NCBI GenBank assembly: GCA_051362555.1
Contig: CM120640.1
Location: 10,850,001 to 10,914,000, forward strand
Direction: 5' to 3'
Source: Lingula anatina
Taxonomy: Eukaryota; Animalia; Brachiopoda
DNA length: 64,000 nt
The notes below the pieces were generated by a model, which was not told the DNA's origin, searched no databases, and saw only the letters and a program-made list of their open reading frames with translations. The translations under genes and the position numbers were made by a program. Positions within the stretch are counted from its first letter, which is position 1. Every line of letters starts with the position of its first letter. Positions 12,375 through 23,600 of this stretch are shown here, piece after piece.

Positions 12375-12385
12375 GGGGGGAGGTA
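12375..12385 (+). promoter_or_regulatory. Polypurine tract
   Basis: GGGGGGAGGTA immediately before the 3' LTR. Confidence 0.85.
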
Positions 12386-12661
12386 TGTAGAACTTACATA
12401 ATGGCTATGTGATAACATCTCAAACAATTATGGTAGAGTGTTGCATTGCAGTGGTTATGCAGTGGTAAACTAGCCAATCATATTTATTGGACTTGTAGCA
12501 TTGGGTCATTTGCATAACTGGTACTATAATAAAGAGCTGCACAGGTAGTGCAGTAGTTAGTTATTGTTCACTTGTGTTAGAGTTACTTACTTCAGGTGTC
12601 CAGGTAGACTTCAGCAGATATTATTAGTTTGTAAAAATACCAAAATATTCAGTGTGCTACA
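12386..12661 (+). repeat. 3' LTR
   Basis: Direct repeat of 8132-8407, followed by the TSD GTAG. Confidence 0.97.
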
Positions 12662-13713
12662 GTAGAATTGTCATTGTAGCCTTGACACCTGGTGATTTAT
12701 TAATAACAGTGTTCTGTGGGAAGTAAAAAGGTATTCATTGCCATTATTGAAAGCTGAATTATCACAGTTATTATGGCAGTATCTTCACAAAGCTGAAGAG
12801 AGTTCTGATTCATTATCTGCTACCATTATAGCATCTTCCCCAGAGTGCACACATTTGACAGACCCAGCTTCTCCATATTTATTGATTTAGTGATAATGTA
12901 TATTTTTTAAAATACTGCAGGTAAGACACTGTGAAGAAAAAGTTGCTAAGGCAATCCTCTGTGGTTATGGTTTGCAGAACTTTGCAAAATACCAGTAAAT
13001 ATTTCTGGTCTGTGAATCACTTTGAAAACCAACTGATAGAAATGTTCAAGTCAAATGCCATGAAATGATTAATGATACCTTTATCTGGGTAATTCCACAG
13101 TACTAAGGAGGAAAATGTTCAGTAATAAAATGACATCTAAACTAAGTTAACTTCACTCAGTGAGTTGACCAAAGGCTAAATATCTGTATTTTGACCTATT
13201 TGGGGATTTTACATACATATCTTAATTTTTCATTAATGTACAGTTTGGTGACGAAGGGGACATCAGTTTTTAGCCATGGGCTTTGATCACATGAAAAATA
13301 TCATGCCTCTTGGGGAAAATGTGTTTATTCATTTATTTATTTATTTTAGATATTACTAACTTATTATACCATCTGTAATCAAGAGACAGAAAAAAAACAT
13401 TTCACCAACATTATTATCATGAAAATAGTGTAACAAGAAAAACTAGTAGAAAGCAGTGAGGCTATCCAATATGCTAGCTGTTTTTGTTTTACTCTACCAC
13501 CTGTGTTTCTTCTAGAATGTCATTTATATGTAAATGATTTGGCCATTACAATATCTTGTACTGGTTCTCTTATTGATTGATAACTCAGTGAATAGTGTAC
13601 ACCTAGATAAAAAAAACATATGGTCATGAACAGTTAATATATTGTTACTGTTCAAGAATACATTTTAACACCAATCTTGTTCAGAATACATTCTGTGATG
13701 CCTCTGTGTTCAT

Positions 13714-13761
<48 letters not shown>

Positions 13762-14830
13762 TGATGTACATGAAGTCCTTTGTTAATATCTGATTCTATT
13801 TGTTCATTACCATACATTAAAATATATTTTGTCTAAAGGTATTAGGTATTGATGACCGTGAATTACATGTACACAGTAATGTTATGAAACTTATAATAAG
13901 TGAAATATAAAAAACTAATAATTGTGGAAATACAACTTTTAAAAGTAGACATGTATTTCTGCCAAGAGTGCAAATATTCCCCTAAGAATTATTTGTTTCT
14001 CATGTTAAACAGGCATGCTTTCAGTTTTTTTTCTTTTAAAGGTGGCAGCTTCTGTAGCCAGGGTAATATGAACATCTATTTGTGATGGAAAAGAAAACCA
14101 CACATAACAAAGGAAGGATCTTGAATGAGGATTTTCATCAGCAGCGTTGATTATCTGTCTTTGTGTGAAACACAATGTCTGCCAATTGTCACTAGAGATG
14201 AAACTAAAGACTTCAATTTCTTTGCTGAAATATATACCATTTGTCATGCAATATCAATTGCTGAAAAAGCAAGAAATTTGAAAAACAGAATTGGTCCAGG
14301 GAACAGGCCAACATTTGATAATGTTGCCTGTAAAGCCACCAAAGAACATGTTGCATGAAGAGAATGATTAGCTTTGGTGTAGGATTATCAGCATCAAAAG
14401 CTGCTACACATAGGTGCCTTGTTCTACAACATTGTTTTCTGACTTGAAGACAGGTACATATAGTAAATTCCACTTTTCCTGTTATAAAAACTATCCTGTT
14501 TTACATGAGGATGAGGCGGATGTTTTAATTGACATTCTACCTGGTCACAGGTGTTCACTCTGGTTTCCCAAGTGTGATCGTACATGTCATATATTTTTTC
14601 TTTTCATATAAGACTGCCATCATAGCTGTTTTGTAAAGGCTAACTTTTTTCATGGGAGACTCATTAGACTTATGCTAGTACAGAAAGGCTTCAGCAGTTG
14701 AATTAAGCATTTCTAGCAGGAAGATAAAATCACAGATAAATTATGCTGGGGTTACGCTTACCACATGCTGTGGCTTTGTCAAATATCCATTTAAGAAGCT
14801 ACTTGATTGATTAGGTATTCAGACAACAGA

Positions 14831-16473
14831 ATGGCATACAGATTTGGACGTAAGATGAACACACAGTGTATGTTATACACTTTGATTGCTTTGATCATTC
14901 TCTGGATTTTTTATATCGGGCTTCTACCTTGCTATCCAGTTGATGATGGCATCAAGTTTGTTCCAAATGCACAGTACATGTATCTTGCTGATAATACTAG
15001 CATCCAGTATGATAGGAACTTACCACTTGTGTTTGTGGGGGGGTTTCCCCGAAGTGGAACCACTCTGATGCGAGCCATTTTAGATGCTCACCCAGAAGTT
15101 AGATGTGGAGAAGAGACAAGAATAATTCCACGTTTACTTGGGATGCAAAACAATTGGAAAAGATCGCCTATTGAAGCAAAGAGACTTTTAAATGCTGGCA
15201 TAACAGAAGATGTTATAGATTCAGCCATGGCTGCATTTATTTTAGAAGTTATAGTGAAACACGGAGAGCCAGCCAAACGTTTGTGTAACAAGGATCCCTT
15301 TGCTCTTAAGTCAATGATGTATCTTGCAAAGTTATTTCCACAGGGAAAGTTTATCTTCATGATACGTGATGGCAGGGCTGTAGTTCATTCCATCATGTCA
15401 CGCCAAGTTTCAATATCTGGGTTTAATCTCAGTGATCCAAAGAGCTGCTTGGAAAAATGGAGTAAAGCGGTAGAGACAATGCACTCTCAATGTATACATA
15501 TTGGACCCAGTAAATGTTTGCCAGTCTATTATGAAGAGTTGGTGCTACATCCAAGAACTTCCCTCAAAGGAATAACAAGATTTCTTAATCTTCCATGGAA
15601 TGATGCACTGCTTCATCATGAAGAATATGTTGGAAAACCCGGAGGTATATCCCTGTCTAAGTATGTGTACAGTTTATAACTTATCTTTTGTACATACTGT
15701 TTGCATACTACATACACGTTGTGGTTTGTTCTTAAGGTTATTGGCTTATTTTTTATCCCTCTATGTTTTATACATAATTATATATATAATACAGAAATTC
15801 CCATTGTTTATCAGAAACATATTTGTTAGATTTATAAACATAAAAAATATTTTGTTTAAAAAATAAACTATCCCATTTAATTATATTTATAACATTCTTA
15901 AACCCTCCCACCCCACCCCAGTTAAGAACCCCCTACACACACCCTGTTTAAGATTTCTTTCAATGTTGGCAAATTTTCTAATAAAATACCTCTTTCAGTG
16001 ATTGAATTGAAAACCTTATTTGTTATTTGCACATATTCCTTATAAACCTGTGATGACGTCTATGGTTTATTAGATAGCATTATTTTCAGAATTTGACTGC
16101 AACATAAAATTTAACTCGCTTGTATCTGTGATGCCATGCTCCAATAAAATAGAATCATTGTTAACTTGAAAATATCAGAACCTCATTTGCTGATACCTTT
16201 GCTTTTTTCCCCCCAAGGGTGGAGAAATCAACAGATCAAGTGGTAAGGCCTGTAAATGTTGATGCTTTAACAAAATGGGTTGGAAAGTTTCCAAAAGAAG
16301 TGATTGATTCTATGAATCGGCTTGCACCTATGCTCAACCAACTGGGCTATGACCCTAGGGCAAATCCACCAAACTATGGAAAACCAGATGATGAAGTTAT
16401 ATTGAAATCTAAACAGGCACAAAACCAAGAGGAAGGGAAATACAGACAGAACAGTCAAAAGTCCATGAGGTGA
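14831..16473 (+). CDS. TPST: Protein-tyrosine sulfotransferase (2 coding exons: 14831-15660 and 16218-16473)
   Basis: N-terminal type II TM helix; PAPS-binding [19 protein letters not shown]; [22 protein letters not shown] and YEELVLHP. The splice AA|G restores the conserved [17 protein letters not shown]. Start taken at ATG 14831 (the ORF track starts at a TTG). Confidence 0.95.
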
Positions 16474-19400
16474 TTCCATAGATGAGCCAGTTTGATGTTC
16501 ATTTGATGAAGATTCAGGTTCCTTTAACCAAATTTGATTGAGATTTATTATTTGTTTGTAATATGGCTAAATGTTAACATTTCTGACAAACATGGTGCTC
16601 AGCATATTTTTTCTTGACTAATTGGTTTTAAGTTTTATAGAAACCAGTGTTTTTTTGTCAGAATAGAAGCCAGCATTTTCACAGAAAAATCTCAAGAGCT
16701 TATTTACATTGTTTGGGATATTTAAACTTGGTCCAATAACAATTACCAAGATTAACAATGTATTAATTGTATTTCTAATTGTTTGACAATCTTTTCTCCT
16801 TTTGACTTTTTCAGTCAAGATACAAAGTAATTATGAACACTTCATTTTGAAGTCTACATTACTAAGTTGTATCATTTTTCTGCTCTCTGTTAATGTAAGA
16901 ACACACTAGTTGTAGATTATCTTATTTACGTACTGCATGCAGCTCATTATTATTTGAAGAAATACATGGGTCTGTTATTGAAAGTAATGATTAAGTTATT
17001 GACACTACCATCACAATTCTTCGCCAAAGCAAATTGAAATTAATCAGTGAAGTGTGTTACTTTGTACTCAGTAAGGTACAAGATACTGGTAGAATGATGT
17101 GGAAGATTTTTTCAGATAAGGGGTTCTGCTTTGTATTGGGAACATTGCATCCCACTTGTTATGGTGATAAATGCATAATTTTTATCACTACAGTTTCCAT
17201 TCTGTCAGGGAGAAAATGAAGTTCTGAGTTTTAGACTTACATGTTCTATATTACAGCACTAACACTACAGTCTAATAGGGAGTTACATTATCTAGTATAT
17301 GCCAAGTTGTGTCTAATTTGGGTATTATTTCACCTTATGATATTCTGCTATGACATATACTCAACAAAAGACAGTATTCATTATGTTTTGCTTTGCATTG
17401 GTTTTCCACTTATGTATAACAGCAGCAGTTGCTGCCCACATACCAAAGATAGAGAACAAGTGCATCAATTTAGAGATGATTGCTTCACTTAATGACTACT
17501 TTATCTTAATAGAGTGGCAAAGGCATCATGAGAGTTTTATTCAGTGAAGAGGATTATCTATATGATGTGACAAGTATAAATTTTGCAGGTTCAGAGGTTT
17601 TGTGCACTTGTAAAATTGACGACTTACATCTAGGCCATTACATGTTGTTTTTAGCATTTTGAATAAAGATAGTATAGTGCTTTAATTTTTTTTTTTTCGT
17701 TTCCAAAATAGGTTAATTTTTTTTACTCTTTGTTATATACTATGCTATTGTTCATTTTCATTGTATTCACAGCACCATTATGTCCCTGGAGAGTATTGCT
17801 TTAGTTTTGTATTCAGTATTAGAACTGTAGAGGCAACCAGAAGAAACTTACATTATTTGAAGATTTAGGTAAAGTTCAGTTTATTTGTCTTGGAAACTTT
17901 GTGCCATATGATATCTTGTATGTATTTTATCATTATCAAAGGCTTTTTTGCAAACATTTGAATTGTATAACATAAATATTTTTGATTTGCTATAACGATA
18001 ACAGAAAGTCAATTCAGAACTGTTTGCCCTAAAATTGTTATGTCTTTATTTTTTCTGTCATCTGGTCAATTTGTGCAATTTTACTGTTCAACTTGTAGGA
18101 ATTGTCACTTTTGAAAGGTTTACAGGGCCATTCCACTTTGTCTTCTCCATGCGTATTATTTGTTAAAGATTTTTTTTACATGAAAAAGGAATGATGGTTG
18201 GGAAGAGGTGTTATAGACGTTATGGACAGATGTAATACTATGTGAAGTACCTGTGCACAATTGTTTTTTGTTATAAAAAATAGAGAGAGAGCATTGAATC
18301 ATATTTTGGATACTTTTCGTTGAATGCATAATAGCTGCTACACTCATTATTCAAAACTCTCCAGATTTTTGACAGATTTAATGCCAGCTCTAAATAATAT
18401 AAGCCTTTCTGGGAGCATTTTAAAAAACTAAAATTTAGTGTGAATATTTTAAATATTTTATATCTTAATTATATATGAAGTCAAATCTTTGTCATTAAAC
18501 CTGACCAAATGCCATGATATAGTTTCAAAATGCATAATTTAAAGAACTGCTAAAAAGATGAACAGATATTTTCTTTCTTTCTGTGCTATATATATAACCC
18601 TCTGTCAATTACACCAATGTTCATTTAAATATTTATACCAGTGTTTCAATTATTTATTAAATCAAAGCTTTAATGGATTTTTTTTTTTTTTTTTTTTTTT
18701 TTGACAATCAAGATGATGTACCTCTTTTGAGATGAAGATAATTTTTTCTCAAATGGAACACTGTTCGTAGCGTTGAGAAAATACTGCAGTACATCATACT
18801 TTTTAGATATTTACAGTGCTATCAGTTTTGGTAAAACATCAATACTTGTATTGATTTTTTTCATTTTCTTGTTATTTCACACATGCAATATTGTTGTTAC
18901 TCTTTTAAGGTTAATTCTTATGTATTTTGATTAAATAATCAGTTCTTAATCGAATAATTCTTCATCAAACTCAATCAAAACTAAAGTTATGTTTAGATAC
19001 TGTTGGTGCTTTGATTTCATTTGCATGGGGCTAATGTAAAATTACATATTTCATTGAAATTGTTCAAAATGTCAGCAAAACAGGTTGAAAATGAGCTCAG
19101 TGTTTGTTGCCATGTTTTTGCCAGTTGTTCTAAAATATGGTAAATTGAGTAAAACTTCAATAGACAGTTGGATTTAATTCAAGCAACATGCGGTAAATGG
19201 TTCAATAAATGGTTTTGGGGCCAAAGTAGTAGTTCTTTCTTATTGATTGATAATTCATGCCAAAAAATTCCTGTGTGTCATCGTCTTCCTGTATATATAT
19301 TTTTATGTATATATATATTTGAAAAGTCCACAATAAGAATTAAACCTTTATACAGCAAGATATTAATTTTCCTAGCATTTCCCTAATTAGTAGTCACATC

Positions 19401-20236
19401 CAGTATATCACATCCAGAACCGCTGACAAAATTAATCTATGAACAGATTTTTGAGTTTAAAGCTTTTAGCTTTTAAGTCATTCATGTATGTAGTTGATTT
19501 GGGAACTAGTGGATTTAGATCCCAACAGTAAAAATAAGAAGTTGTAGGCATAACTTAGGGGTAAATTTCCAGGATATAGATAGATAGATAGATCTAACAC
19601 AAATTGTTCACTACAAAACAAGCATGACCTGCAGAGCATTAAAAAGACAACAATATAATTTTAACATGTTTTTATAGAAAAAAGAAGAAAAATACAATAA
19701 TTTCAGCATGAACAGCAAGTAAAAAACATAAACATACCCACTATGTCATACAGCAATATGTATATGTAAAAGACTTCTGCTTCTGACACTGTTATGATGT
19801 AATAAAAGATTTTCCTTTAAATAATCACATCAATATAAATAATATGCAAAAACTCTTGTGTCACTTCCATTGCATAAATTATTATGGACGGATTATACAA
19901 GTGCACATTCAGGATGTATGTGGCAAATGCTGCAATATACATGGCACTTAAATCATGTACTTAAACTTTGGCCTTCAAGTCAAGAAAATTCATATTAAAT
20001 ATGTACATTTTTTATATTTCAACTGACCAGTTCAAGAAAATTATATTCCAGCTCCGTGCAAAGTTACTTTCACTTAATAAAAACTAATATTTTAAGAATT
20101 GTCAAAAAATCACTTGACGTCTACATGAAAATGTATTATGAAAATTGTCAAGGACACAAAAAATTTCATTTTTAAATCTTTTTTGTACATCACTGATATT
20201 ACAGGTGCAAAAATGTAAACCCAAAAGTATCACAAA

Positions 20237-20619
20237 CTAATATCCATTTGGGGTAGAAAATATTGAATTTCTTGAGAAAGAAGTCTGATCACCATTGAAC
20301 AATTTTTCTTCCTTTTCTTTCTTTTTCTCTCTTCTCTGTTTATAGATCATATATCCTACCATAATCAAAAGAAGCACAGTGAGTCCAATCAACCAGATGA
20401 TCATGGCAACAATGACATAACCATTGATCAGAGATGTGTCATATCCACAGTCCCCTACTTGTGACGATGCTTGGACTCCTGTCCCATCCTTGACCACCTG
20501 TGACACTGTCTCTGACAGAGTTGTCAACTCTGAAACAAAGGCAAATCCATAAAGGTCCTTATACAAATAGCCCCTTGCAACAAGAGCAGATTGATTGCTT
20601 GCTTGCAATGCCAGTATTT
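20237..20619 (-). CDS. Terminal exon: juxtamembrane stalk, transmembrane helix, cytoplasmic tail
   Basis: Hydrophobic stretch [26 protein letters not shown] followed by basic KQRREKKK and a ~35-aa tail ending PNGY-stop. Phase-1 acceptor caattag|AA. Confidence 0.85.
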
Positions 20620-23600
20620 CTAATTGATTAAAACTGTCTTGTTATCTGAAAGCATTGATAACTTTCACCAAAACTGAAGAGATTTTGCTATTGTTTCAGA
20701 TACATTATTTTTTTAAAAATAATTCGAAAATTATATTTCTTTGATATTGTGTTCAAGGTTTTTACTTCATAGAGTAAAACTACCCAGTAGTCAGCTTTTT
20801 GATTTGGTTGCTACCACTCGGTAGAAATGTTCCAATTTTAAGCAATTATGACTTGAAAATATGGTTTCCGCAAAATTCAAAATTATCCCCTATCAAAAAG
20901 ATTGAGTTTTTGCTATATAGTAATTTGATATTTCCCCCCTGCGCAAAAAGATCACCATCATCAAAGTCATCAAGATCATTACTGTTTTTTTAATGATGCT
21001 GGAGGCATAATCACAATAGTTAGTGTACAATTTTCACTGCCGTTATCATAAGTGTACATTTGACCCAGATGCAATTTGTTTTTGACAAAATCTATTCATC
21101 AGTTGAGACAACTAGTCCATGTAAAATTCTCTATGGAATGGAATGGTCATGGGTCCTGTATTACAAAATAACTAATTAAAATAACTAATTAAAATTGGTT
21201 TAAGAATATCAGGCAACTTAATTCCATTTCACTTAGGATTAAGAAGACATAGCTACTTAAGGCTAAAAACCCGAATCCTTTTGTGAAATGGGCCCCAGAT
21301 ATTATCACAAACCCAGATTAATTAACCAGGTACATGATTGCAGCGCAGGGGGGCTTTGTGATTTGATTTACTGATGGCAAACTCTAGTTCAATATCCGTT
21401 TGGACACTGGGGAAACCAACCTGATATTTTGGTCTGCAGTGTTTGTGACAAAGTGTCCATAGATCCTGGTACAGTTCCTATACAAATATGACTGCCTCTT
21501 GTATTGATGCATGTTTGGGATGTGTTACACCCACCACTACTGACAGCACATTCATCTATGTCTGCAAAACAAAATGACTCAAGCAATCTAGATTTTTCTT
21601 TAAATAACATAGATGAATATTCAAAATGAGGAGAAGCATATTTGTCCACACCACTCTGTTATTATGATGATCATTTAATCATTGTCATTATTAGTTTCTT
21701 TACAGATATAACAGTATTTGTTAGATCCAAGTCATTTTGAAAAAATAATTTGCCCAGCAGCCTGTTGATGCAAATAGAGTCTGTTTTGTGACTTATGTTT
21801 ATTAATGTAAACTAGTACATATTTATATAATACTTAGATTTTAAATAATTGGCAAAGACTGGCAAATATTAATTGGCAATTATTATTGGCAATTATTTTT
21901 AAATGAATAAATTACTTATTATAATTCATCGGTATTTTTTTTCATTTCACAAATTAGTTTCAGACTGCATATGCCGAAAAAGAATTTGTAACATGGCATT
22001 GATGTATAACACGAAGTAGACATATGTTGAAGATAGGAATTTATACCTTCACAACTATGCCTATCTGGACTCAGTCTATAGCCAGAATTGCATGCACACA
22101 CATAGGTCCCTTCAGCATTGTAACACTGCTGTTCACACCCACCATGGTTCTGATCACATTCATTTTCATCTGAAAATTAAAGGTGATATTAGGTTCAAAA
22201 TATATGTATCAAAACACTTGTACTATAAATATTATGAAACTGTCTATATATGTGACTTCTGCCCAAGTTTTAGACCTGATGTCGGTCAGATTCTTCATGT
22301 AATCAAATTTTTCTCTTCAAGAATGCCCAGTAATCCAATAAACATCCACATGATTGTGGAGATGTGAAAAAGAATAAGATGGTATATATCAAAATCAAAG
22401 CTCAGGGCACTAATATTCAATCAAATCACTGTCAGTGCTCAAATTAAATGCTAAAACACAAATAGTTCTTTAAAAAATAACATATCCTTTGATAGGTAAT
22501 GTGCGATTGACTAAAATTTACCTGAGCAAGACTTCTTGTTGTCTGTAAGTTGATACCCAGCATTACACTTGCAGTGGTAAGACAGATAAGAGTTCACACA
22601 AACTTGTTCACATTCTCCTTGGTTGTACAGACACTCGTCCACCTCTGTAACAAAAAAAAAAAAAAAAAAAAAAAGAAAAAAAAGAAAAGAAAAGGAGACA
22701 CAGATGACTTTCATCATCATACATGTTTTCATTTGAAAAATGATTTAGAGCTTTGTTACAGCTGTGGATAAATTCTTTAAATTTAAGCAGACAGAAATTT
22801 ACGTACTTCTTCTTGTATATGTGTATCGCATATAATTACCTTCATTTCCAGGTGGCCCAACAGGGCCTACTGGACCTGCTATTCCTGTGTCACCCTTAAC
22901 TCCCTGAATTCCTTGAGATCCTTTATCTCCCGTAGAACCAGAGGGCCCCGCTTCTCCTTGAGAACCAGTCCCTCCCCTGCTACCCTTCTCTCCTTTCACA
23001 CCTTGGTCCCCTTTGGCTCCCTTTGATCCAGGTGGTCCAGTTGGTCCAGTCACTCCCTGGGGTCCTCGTATACCTGTGGGACCAAATGGTCCAGGAGGAC
23101 CTTGCTCACCTTTGTCTCCCTTGGCACCTGTATCACCTGGAGGACCAGGAGAGCCTGGAGGCCCCTGGGGACCGGCAGACCCTGTAGGACCCTGAGGACC
23201 CTAGCGCAGAAAAGTGGTAAGTTTGCTTTATTGTTTAATGTTTAGTATAACTAAATATTACTGAAAATAGCATTTATTTCATTTACAGAAAACAAATTTA
23301 TATTTATCTTATATTTTGCAGCACTGTACCTTAATCGTTAGACTGGGTTCACATACTTAGATCGATCCATCAGGATCGACCTAACTCCCTGGAGAGTCTC
23401 ACTAAATTGCTATCAAACAACCAGCTTATATGTCTGTCACGCCTACTGAATCACCTAGGGGGTAAAGATAATTACCCCCTAACAGCTTTACTAGGCGTGA
23501 CAGACATTTAAGCCAGTCAAGTTGACAGCAATTTAGTGAGACTCACCAGGGAGATAGATTGATTCAAATATCTGTGGGAATGGTCTCTTAGTATTGGTTA

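Larger units (their letters stand above)
8132..12661 (+). mobile_element. Full-length Ty3/Gypsy LTR retrotransposon, CsRn1-like clade
   Basis: Two 276-bp LTRs with TGTAG...CTACA ends, a 4-bp TSD GTAG (8128-8131 and 12662-12665), tRNA-Trp PBS, polypurine tract, and intact gag and pol in PR-RT-RH-IN order. Confidence 0.97.

Noticed and set aside
12900-12926. Recursive splice site (CAG|GTAAGA)
   Set aside because: The polypyrimidine tract is weak and there is no evidence for a very long intron. Treated as an ordinary candidate donor.
20620-20650. Acceptor tttcag|ATAAC at 20645 for the last exon of the giant gene
   Set aside because: It does not give a reading frame compatible with the TM ORF (stop codons follow). 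The caattag|AA acceptor at 20619 fits phase 1.
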